Positions 55,059 through 64,000 of a stretch of 64,000 nt of DNA are shown in pieces. The number at the start of each line of letters is the position of its first letter. The stretch's first letter is position 1. Position numbers and translations under genes: made by a program. The DNA is from Paraspadella gotoi (lineage: Eukaryota > Animalia > Chaetognatha): the NCBI GenBank assembly GCA_051294375.1, contig CM119268.1, positions 20,665,158-20,729,157 on the forward strand. Direction: 5' to 3'. The notes below the pieces were generated by a model. The model saw only the letters and a program-made list of their open reading frames with translations, made no database searches and had not been told where the DNA came from.

Positions 55059-55583
55059 ATGTTTGCATAATTCAAAGAATCGATCGACGACGTCGATGCT
55101 TGAACAATGAAATTATTTCCTCAGGGGAAAAATTCAATAATAAAAACCGAGAGTTGAGAGAGAGAGAGNNNNNNNNNNNNNNNNNNNNNNNNNNNNNNNN
55201 NNNNNNNNNNNNNNNNNNNNNNNNNNNNNNNNNNNNNNNNNNNNNNNNNNNNNNNNNNNNNNNNNNNNNNNNNNNNNNNNNNNNNNNNNNNNNNNNNNNN
55301 NNNNNNNNNNNNNNNNNNNNNNNNNNNNNNNNNNNNNNNNNNNNNNNNNNNNNNNNNNNNNNNNNNNNNNNNNNNNNNNNNNNNNNNNNNNNNNNNNNNN
55401 NNNNNNNNNNNNNNNNNNAAAGAGAGAGAGAGAGAGAGAAAGAGAAAGAGAAGAGAGAGAGAGGAGAGAGAAGAGCGAGAGAGAGAAAAGAGAAGAGAGG
55501 ATTCTTGATATGATCTTCGTTTTTCTCCTCGTCGTCTTTCATTTCGTCGTCGTCGTCGTCGTCGTCGTTCGTCTCTGTCACAG

Positions 55584-55657
55584 GCGGAATTCACGGGGGC
55601 AAAGGAAGTGACCACGTGACCAGTTTATGCCCACAACACGCGATCCATAGTAAGGAG
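55584..55657 (+). CDS. Candidate short exon (GGIHGGKGSDHVTSLCPQHAIHSKE)
   Basis: TCACAG acceptor after a pyrimidine/(TCG)n tract; open in phase 1; weak GAG|GTTTCA donor in phase 0, compatible with 55941. Confidence 0.35.
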
Positions 55658-55940
55658 GTTTCAGACCGTACCTGGTTGTCGTTGTCGTCTTTCAGCTTTG
55701 TTGTTTTTGTTGTTGTTGTTGTTATCGTTGTTGTTATCGTTAAGCAATGAAGAATTCTCTTTTCCCCTATCTTCCTCCCTCCCTCCCTCCTCCTCTCTCT
55801 CCCTCTCCTTCTCCCTTCCTCCCTCCCTCCTCCTTTCCCTCCCTCTTTCTCCCTCTCCTTCTCCCTCTCCCTTCCTGCCTCCCTCCTCCTCTCCCTCCCT
55901 CTTTCTCCCTCATCCACTCCACCTCCCCTCTCTCCCCCAG

Positions 55941-56127
55941 GCCTACCAGGATTCCTGTGGCATTCCCGGCGCCGCTCATCACCGCGTCGCCGGCTTACAT
56001 CCGGGATCCGGCGCCGGCGTCTTACATCCCGGATGCGGCGCCATCTTAGAACCGCACTCGGGTTTGATGGAGCACCCCAGCACCATGGCCATCAATAAAA
56101 ACAAACCCGTTGGATTCCGAGGCTGGG
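55941..56127 (+). CDS. Exon encoding a low-complexity, probably cytoplasmic segment (AYQDSCGIPGAAHH...KPVGFRGW)
   Basis: Long polypyrimidine tract and CCCAG acceptor; G|GTGAGA donor; phase 0 to 1, matching the acceptor at 58508. Confidence 0.7.
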
Positions 56128-56379
56128 GTGAGAAGGAATGGGGGAGAGGGGGGATTGCAGAGTGAGAGGAAAACAAGTGAAGAGAAGAGAGAGAGAGAGA
56201 GAAGAAGAGAAGAGAGAGAGAGAGAGAGAGAGAGAAGAAGAGAAGAGGGAAGAAGGAATAGAGGAGAGAGAGAGAAATAATTTTATTGGCCTCTTAAGGC
56301 GTTGCATCTATTTTGGACACGTTTGTCCCCTTCTGTTCACGGTATCCTCTCTCTCTCTCTCTCTCTCCTCTCTCTCTCG

Positions 56380-56412
<33 letters not shown>

Positions 56413-58507
56413 CTTCTCTTTCTCTCTCTCTGTCTCAGTGAAACGAGAATGACCAAACTTTTTTTTCTGGACGTCCACTGTTTACTCTCTTCTCTGATGA
56501 TTAGATGCAACCGCATGGAGCGGACGGCAGGGTGGTCTGGCCAACTGCAAGAAAACGCGTTGCATTGCAAATATAAAGTTTGGCTGAGCGGATGTAGAAA
56601 ATAAACGTTGTAGCCAAAATAAGTGAGATGCCAAAACACATTTGACGTTGTGCTATTTATGACAAGTTGAGAAAAGACATCAAATTCAACACAGAAGAAC
56701 AAGAGAGTCAGTTTTTTTGTTTGTAGAAAATGTTTCCATATCTAAATTCGAATATAAGTTAATTTATGATATTGCTCACATTCGAATCATAGAATGGAAT
56801 AATTTCAATAAAATAAACTGAAATAAAAATATATGATAATAAAATAAATTCTTTTCGAAAAGAAAAAAAAAACATGAAATAGTTTTGAGACTTTTACGAA
56901 ACTTCGAGTTGAGCAATAAAATAAATTCCATGTCACTTTTACCTAAAAAAATCTTTTTCGATAAAAAAAGTTATTTACTTTTTGCGAGGTTTATGAAAAG
57001 AATTTTATGGCCAAATCAAAATCGTGAGTTGGTGATAAAAAGAAGGAGAAAAAAAATGTTTTTTTCACAAACTTCGAATTTCACATTCGTGAGAATAAAA
57101 AAAGGTTTATTTCGGATTTGAACTCGAAACTTCTTGGACCATGATCTAGGACCGGATTATTTTTTTGAGTTATCTTTAGGGTGATATAATGTTATAATGT
57201 TATTAGTTAAAATGTTTGAAAAAATCTCGTAAATCATTTCTTATTTAAAAATCTTAAAAGTATAGTGATCTCGCCAGAAAATTAATGAAAAAATCCGGAG
57301 AAAAAAAGAGAAGTCCAGCTGCTGCAGAGCTGAACTCGTTTTTAGACAAATCAGAAGAGGCAGCGCCTGACAAAAAGAGAAAGAGAAAAAGATACAATTT
57401 AAAGAAATAAAAGAAAGACAAAAAAAATATTACAAATATAAAGTATAAATTTTTTTCTGTTTAATCATCATCATCATTATTAATATCTTTTAAAATCACA
57501 TGTTTCATATTGATTCAAATATTTTTTGTTTTAATTTCTACTTCATTATAATTTTTTTTAATATGCAAATTAAAACTTAATATACTTGTGAAATAACTTG
57601 GTATTTTTCACGCTCGTGATATCTAACGTTCCATCGTTGTCCGTCCCTTGAAAGTCTGACGTAGGTTTTCATGAATTTTTTCCGCTGAATATTGAGTAAA
57701 ATGATGAATGAAAAGTAGAGATAAAAGTTTAGTAACTTATATTTTACATAAAATGTCCACAAAAATCCTATAAAACTCAAGTTCAGGATGGGCAATGCTA
57801 CTTTTAGTAAGGCAAAAAATGGAACTAAATATTTCTATAGTCTCTTCAAATGACGACAAAAGAATCACAAATACCGACGAAATACTAAACAGTAAATAAT
57901 TTGGCCGAACGCGTAAGGACAACTAAGGTACGGTCAAAATAAGACTTCGGCCGAGAGAGAAATTACTAAGGCGAGGCATAATATTTAACAATACTATATA
58001 CTAATTTGATATTGTAGTAAGTACTATATTCTGATTTGCATATTGCAGTAAATAATAATAAAGTAGAAATTCAAATAAAAAATACTTGAATCAATATAAA
58101 ACCAAAAAAATGGATACACATTTAACATTTTAACTGCCTCACCAATGGAACTTGATAACTAAATACATGGTTTGGTAGTTAAACCAAAAACCTGCAAAAA
58201 AAGATAGAAATTGTTTATTATTAGTTTAATGGCTACTTAAGAGAAGTGGCAAGCGAGAATAGGAGAGTGATTCAACCTGGACTATAGTGCTATAATAGTC
58301 ATTTTTCCCCTTTCCTCCTCTTTCCTCCTCTTTTCCCCCTTTTCTTTCCATTTCCTCCCTTTTTCTATCCTTTCCTCCCTTTTTCTCTCCTTTCCTCCTC
58401 TTTCCTCCCTTTTCCTTCCCTTCCCTCCCCTTTTCCCCCTTTTTTTCCCTTTCCTCCCCCTCTCTCCCCTTTCCTCCCCAAACCCTAGACCCTCGTCTCT
58501 CTCTCAG

Positions 58508-58962
58508 ATCCCCTCTGCGCCTCTCACCTCCTTCCGCCCGACGTTGACGTGGATCCCGCCCACCTCCCCACCCTCTACGCCACGTCGGACGCCTCCCTTT
58601 ACGCCACGGGAGATCCGACGGCCGCCCCACTTTACGTAAGCAGCGACGGCGCCGCTCCGTCGCTCTACGCGGGATCCTCGGTAGGCGCGCCGCTATACGC
58701 CACGTCCGGTGGCGCCGCCTCTCTCTTCGCCGGAGGCGTCGGCGTCAATTCTCACAATGACGCCGGTTTCGTCGATTCGCCGGAAATGACGCCGGGCTAC
58801 GGGGCGGCGGCAGCGGTGTCAGCGGCGGCGTCGACCCGCGTGGCGACACCGGTGGCGGCCGTGGCGCCGGTTTACGCCACGTTGCGCGTCAACAGATCGG
58901 CGAGAAGTTTGGGAGGAGGAGGAGGAGGAGGAGGAGGAAGAGAGATGAACGAGTTCGGAAAG
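58508..58962 (+). CDS. Exon encoding an Ala/Gly/Ser-rich tail with repeated LYA motifs and VYATL
   Basis: Long polypyrimidine tract and CTCAG acceptor; 151 open GC-rich codons; AAG|GTGAGT donor, or read-through to a stop at 58971. Confidence 0.75.
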
Positions 58963-59958
58963 GTGAGTTGAAAAATGAGAAGAGGATGAAGAAAGGGTGA
59001 GTAAGAATGGATCTTTACTCTTGAGGAAAGTTAGTTTAACAAGGGATAATTTTTTTTTATTGAACAAGGGATATTTCGAGATTAAGTGACCGGTTGGCAT
59101 AAAGCTAATTTAAAAATATTTAAACGGCGATTAAAATCTCTCATTCGCGAGTTTCTTAAATATACTATATATTATTATCTAAAAATCAATTAATATACGG
59201 TTTAGTCAATACTCTATATGATTTTATAAAAAATAAATTAGGAAAATAAGCCACCAAAAGAAAAATCCCTAATATTAACAAAATGTGAATATTTGCCAAA
59301 CAGCTCAACGGACTCAATTTCAAAACAAATCAGTTTTAAGTGACTTAAAAATTCCTCTTCAAAATCAGCGTCTCTTTTCGCTCCTCCGAAAATCTGAATC
59401 TCAGTCCCCCCCCCCAAAAAAAACACAGTTTTTAGAGACTCTTTCCTCTCCTGTTTCTTCTGTTTTCTCTGTTTCTTCTGTCCCCTCAACAATTAACTGC
59501 CAAACAGTAGAGGAAAAACTGCCAAACTTTGTCGAAACCTTCTGTCTGGAATTTTCTTCTTTAGCCCCCTCCTCATCTTTTTAGGCCATAAAAATGGCGT
59601 GTGAAAAGAAGAAAGAGAGAGAGAGANNNNNNNNNNNNNNNNNNNNNNNNNNNNNNNNNNNNNNNNNNNNNNNNNNNNNNNNNNNNNNNNNNNNNNNNNN
59701 NNNNNNNNNNNNNNNNNNNNNNNNNNNNNNNNNNNNNNNNNNNNNNNNNNNNNNNNNNNNNNNNNNNNNNNNNNNNNNNNNNNNNNNNNNNNNNNNNNNN
59801 NNNNNNNNNNNNNNNNNNNNNNNNNNNNNNNNNNNNNNNNNNNNNNNNNNNNNNNNNNNNNNNNNNNNNNNNNNNNNNNNNNNNNNNNNNNNNNNNNNNN
59901 NNNNNNNNNNNNNNNNNNNNNNNNNNNNNNNNNNNNNNNNNNNNNNNNNNNNNNNNNN

Positions 59959-59994
<36 letters not shown>

Positions 59995-60395
59995 CAAACA
60001 GAAAAATTATTCAGATATGGAACTTTTTACCGATGATTTTTATGAAACGCTCATATTTATTCTTTTGTTCGGAAAAGATTTTAAAATTTAAATTTTAACA
60101 AAAATAGAACTAAAAATAAAAAAGGAAAATTTTGTGTAGGTAATTATTTGGTTGTTGTCATTATTTGTAATTTTTATTTTATTTTAAAATGATGAACTAA
60201 AAAAAAAAAATATTTTGAGTTTTTTATTTGCAAATAAAATCCGACGAAAATAACGATTCTCTTTTTCTAAAGATTCGCCAAGATTCTCCTAGATTCTCCT
60301 AGATTCTCCGAAATTTTCTCCAAGAGACTCTACGGATTCGTGTAGAGTGTCTTTCTACAGCATGGTTCAACATAGTCCTTCTCAACATCTTGCAA

Positions 60396-61188
60396 CAGCA
60401 CCTCCATCCCTCTTTCTCCATCAGACGAACTCCCGCAGCACCTCCATCCCCACTTTCCGCCATCAGACGAACTCTCCCAGCACCTCCATTCCCTCTTTCT
60501 CCATCCAGACGGAAGCTTCCCGCAGCCCTCCAATCCGCCTCCTTTCTCCATCAGACGAACTGCTCCCAGCACGGCTCCATGCCTTCTTGCTCTGCATCAG
60601 ACGAACTCTCGCAAGCACCTCCATCCCTCTTCTCGGCTATCATGACGTTAACTTCCCCAGCACCTCCATTCCCTCTTTCTCCCATCAGACGAACTTCTCC
60701 CAGGCAGCCTGCCATCCCTTCTTTCTCCATCAGAACGAACTCTCCCCAGCAACCTCCATCCCTCTCTTTCTTCCATCAGACCGAACTCTCGCAGCGCCTC
60801 CATCGCCTCTTTCTCCATCAGACGAACTCCCGCAGCGTCTCCATCCTCTTTCACCATCAGCACGAACTCCCGGCAGACCTCCATCCCTCTTTCTCCATCA
60901 GACGAACTCCCGACAGCGCCTCCATCCCTCTTTCTCCATCAGACGAACTCCCCAGGCGCCTCTCATCCCTCTTTGTCTCCATCAGACGAACTCCCGCAGC
61001 AGCCTTCCATCCCTCTTTCTCCATCAGAGTCGAAAACTCTCCCAGCGCCTCCATCCTCTCTTTCTCCATCAGACGAACTATCTCAGCGCCTCCCATCTCT
61101 TTTCGTCGTTTCTCCATCAGACGAACTCTTCGCCAGCCGCTGCCTCCATCCTCTTTCTCCATCAGACGAACTCTCCCAGCGCCTCCAT
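60396..61188 (-). repeat. ~40-bp minisatellite (~20 copies) derived from the GDH C-terminus and stop codon
   Basis: The - strand unit ATGGAGGCGCTGGGAGAGTTCGTCTGATGGAGAAAGAGGG; the first unit is the true end of the GDH CDS. Confidence 0.9.
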
Positions 61189-61323
61189 AGCGCGAACGAC
61201 CTTCAAGAATCCCGCGACGTTGGCGCCGAATTGATAATCATTGGGTCGACCGAAAGTCTCGGCTGTCGACGAGATTGTCGAGAAGATGGTCTCCATGATC
61301 CCCTTCAGTTTGGATTCCACCTC
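61162..61323 (-). CDS. gdhA: NADP-specific glutamate dehydrogenase, last exon
   Basis: EVESKLKGIMETIF...NDYQFGANVAGFLKVVRAMEALGEFV* matches the GdhA C-terminal GAN(I/V)AGFxKVxxAM motif; TTCCAG acceptor. Confidence 0.92.
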   Translation of the reverse strand, partial: EVESKLKGIMETIFSTISSTAETFGRPNDYQFGANVAGFLKVVRAMEALGEFV

Positions 61324-62261
61324 CTGGAAGAGGGAAGAGCAGGGGGATGTGAGAGTCAAACATTTATAATTAAGTAAGGGAAGGAAGGAATTGATTAAAG
61401 AAAGGAAGGAAGGAAGAAAGAAAAGAAAAGAAAAGAAAAGAAAAGAAAAGAAAAGAAAAGAAAAGAAAAGAAAAGAAAAGAAAAGAAAAGAAAAGATCTC
61501 TGGCCTATCTCAGTAAGTTTGGTCAAAAACTTTAATTGAGCACCTGCTCAAACGAAAATTGATACATTTTTAAAAAATTAAGATAGATTAAGACAATTTT
61601 TAAAATGACTTTATATCCTATATATTATTTTTTTAATATTTATTTATAGATAGGAATGGCTAAAAGTTTTTTAACGATTTTGTTATTTTAAAGATCGGAT
61701 TCAGGTAGCTTGCAAAAAGTTGTCTACACAAAGTATAATTCTTTTTTTGATATTCTGCTCATAAGTGGGTAAAAAATAAGAAAAACTATCAAAAATTATT
61801 AATATCATCATCTTTCGATAATTTTGTCAGTTTTTATAAATTTTGACCAAGAAAACGTAAGAATTTTTAAAAGTTGTAATTATATTTTTAAACGTAAGAA
61901 TTTTTAAAAGTTTTTTTGTTTGTTCTCTATCAGAATCCATCAAAATAATTCTAGATTGATTAAAATTTTTTTTATTATTGTAATATAATAATTTTGAGAG
62001 CAACAAGAAAGGTATTAAAATGGAATTTAAACAAAAAATTATTCTTCTACCTGAAAGTAGACATCAAGACTGAAGTTTTGTACTCCTGCCCCTTTTGATT
62101 TTAATTTTATAGGAGATCTCTTCTTTTCAAACCGTTTGGTCTGTGAGATCCAACCACTCATATATTTTCTACGACGATAAGAATGATAAGAATAATTCAT
62201 CTAAATATGAATTCGGGTCCACTCATTATCCCTACTCCCTGTCCCTTTCAGTAGCGCCCAC

Positions 62262-62372
62262 CTGCGGCGTCCACTGAGCAAAGTGTGCGTTCTGCATCAT
62301 CTCGAGACCCGAGACGGCGACGCCGCCAGCGTTGCCCGCTTTGCCGGGAATGTAGGTGGCGTGCGGAGCTGT
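62262..62372 (-). CDS. gdhA: NADP-specific glutamate dehydrogenase, exon
   Basis: TAPHATYIPGKAGNAGGVAVSGLEMMQNAHFAQWTPQ (PGKAxNAGGVxxSGLEMxQN motif); CACAG acceptor, GTGGG donor, phase 0-0. Confidence 0.95.
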
Positions 62373-62692
62373 CTGTGGTGTCCAGAGAGCGTGTGGGTAG
62401 AAGATGTGGGTAGATAATGTGGAGAAAGAAAGAAAGAAAGTGTGAGCGTGGATAATTGGCGTCGTGGACGCGAGAAACTTTTTTTTCGTCGAGAGACGTT
62501 AAATAATCATTTATTTTATTTAATAAGGTAAGAGAATTATTTAAATCTTTTTTATTTCCTTTCTAATAAAATATTTTTTCTTCCCTTTCTTTCTTGTCAA
62601 TGAAAATTAGATTAGCAAACAGCATTTATAAACATACGTCGAGCTCACCCTGTCTCTCAAACAACACTTCCATTTAAGAAAAATGTTATAAC

Positions 62693-62764
62693 TGCCGTGA
62701 CCAGGATTCGAACCTGGGTCGTCGCGGCCACAACGCGAAGTACTAACCCCTATACTATCACGGC
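62693..62764 (-). tRNA. trnH: tRNA-His (GTG)
   Basis: GCCGTGA...TCGCG-TT-GTG-GC-CGCGA...CCAGG-TTCGAAT-CCTGG-TCACGGCA folds into a full cloverleaf; TTTTT Pol III terminator 9 nt downstream. Confidence 0.97.
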
Positions 62765-62892
62765 AATACCCCAATGCTGTAAATAAATATCATAGGACTG
62801 ATCTAATAATTTACTACGATACACGTACATTCGTACATTTTAATCTTATTTGTTAGTATTCAACGATGATACAACTAACATCTCTACTCCAC

Positions 62893-63054
62893 CTTAAAGA
62901 GTTCAATGGCGCCATTGGTAAGGGGCATATTGGCTCCCTCTACGATAGTTCTCACTCCGTTGGCGATCATTCTCCTCATCCTCTCAACGTCTACTTCGTT
63001 TTGAAAGGCGCAAGGGAGAGCCACGTCCATCTGGATCTCGAGCTCCCAGGGGGC
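62893..63054 (-). CDS. gdhA: NADP-specific glutamate dehydrogenase, exon
   Basis: APWELEIQMDVALPCAFQNEVD...ANGVRTIVEGANMPLTNGAIELFK (ALPCAxQNE and EGANMP motifs); CCCAG acceptor, AAG|GT donor. Confidence 0.95.
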
Positions 63055-63135
63055 CTGGGGTAGAGAGAGAGAGAGAGGGGGAGAGAAGGTGTTTGTATGA
63101 AAGGATTAGGTAGAGGGAAAAAAGGAAGTTGATAG

Positions 63136-63315
63136 ACGATTCCTTGCGGGGTATCTCATTGTAGTGCCCGAATCGGTTGCCTCGAACCCTCTTCGGTCGG
63201 TCACCTTCGACAGCCGCATTTGGGGCTGACCCCGATCGTGGTTCAGTATTCATGAGCGGGAAACGAACGTGGAAACCACCGTTCAAACTCATTTGACATT
63301 ACAGTGAGATTATTA
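63136..63315. ncRNA. Candidate structured RNA element in a GDH intron (unclassified)
   Basis: GC-rich island with nested helices: ACGAT/ATCGT and CGGGGT/ACCCCG close a multibranch domain (63136-63239); ATGAG/CTCAT closes a second hairpin (63252-63292). Confidence 0.35.
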
Positions 63316-63402
63316 ATCACCCTTAGCGGAAGATCACGAAAATGTTTGTGAAAATAAAAGAAAGCATTGCCTCTTCAACTAGCCCCGACTTTTTTGACTC
63401 AC

Positions 63403-63620
63403 CTTACCCGCGTGAAACTTGGCCCCCTCCACCGCCCCAGAGGACCCGATCTTGTCCAGCGACACGCCCCCCCTCAACTTCTCCGCTTCGATCTTCTCCA
63501 CATCCTTCGGCGTGAATCCGCACTTTTTGTGAAGCGTTCCTTTCGTGTCGCTCATCGTCACAACGCGATATCCGAGCATCACGCATTTCTTGACCGCGAA
63601 GTGTGAGACGTTGCCGGCGC
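63403..63620 (-). CDS. gdhA: NADP-specific glutamate dehydrogenase, exon with the Rossmann GxGNV motif; upstream exons not found in this window
   Basis: GAGNVSHFAVKKCVMLGYRVVTMSDTKGTLH...KFHAGK; acceptor after a pyrimidine tract; AAG|GTGAGT donor in phase with the next exon. Confidence 0.9.
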
Positions 63621-64000
63621 CTTGGGGGATGGAGGGGGAGTGGGGGGAATGAGAGTGAGAGAGAAACGGGAGAGGGGGAGACTCGGATTGAGAGAGCGAG
63701 AGAAGAGAAAGCAGGAGATGGAAAGGTTTTTTTTAATGTTGACAAATTAATATGTAATTTTGAATTATATTGATCACAATCCAGGCTCCTACTTCAATTA
63801 TTTGAAAGAAACGTGAAGTTTCTTCACAAAACGAAAAGCTAAACCGCAAAAAGAAACAAACAAACAAAAAACAAAACAAAACGAAACTTTCTACGCAACT
63901 GAGCACCGATTCGAATTTTCAAGCGAGAAAAAGAGAGAAAAAAGAGAATTAGCAGGAAAACCCTAATTGCGATTCAAAGAGGGTTTGACGCAGGGGGGGG

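Noticed and set aside
60347-61234. 295-aa and 266-aa + strand ORFs
   Set aside because: They arise from the stop-poor strand of the 40-bp minisatellite.
63089-63106. GTGTTTGTATGAAAGGA resembling the U6atac 5' end
   Set aside because: Similarity stops after ~17 nt; it lies on the reverse strand of the intron 3' splice region.
63136-63239. TPP riboswitch call
   Set aside because: GGGGT...TGAGA-ACCC is present, but the P4/P5 arm (CTTGAT..TAAT..GCG) is missing.

Overview
Eukaryotic scaffold, probably an invertebrate animal (inferred): AT-rich, intron-containing, dense in (AG)n, (GAC)n and (CAT)n microsatellites, with many N gaps. Nearly all listed ORFs are microsatellite artefacts. Two spliced genes can be read manually. 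The first is a + strand single-pass membrane receptor-like gene, with an Ig-like F-G strand motif, a TM helix and a tyrosine-motif-rich tail; exons lie at about 0.5-6.6 kb and probably 55.6-59.0 kb. The second is the last four exons of a - strand NADP-specific, antenna-less glutamate dehydrogenase of the GdhA type (61162-63620). One GDH intron holds a tRNA-His(GTG), another holds an unexplained structured GC-rich island, and the last eight codons plus stop are amplified about 20 times as a 40-bp minisatellite. Mobile DNA includes a Penelope-like relic with a minimal hammerhead ribozyme inside a perfect 75-bp inverted repeat with a 15-bp TSD (2614-2840), several DINE-1/HINE-like Helentron derivatives, and a tRNA-derived SINE-like insertion. 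Duplications next to 25-N gaps and the noisy 25.8-34 kb block look like long-read gap-filling artefacts.
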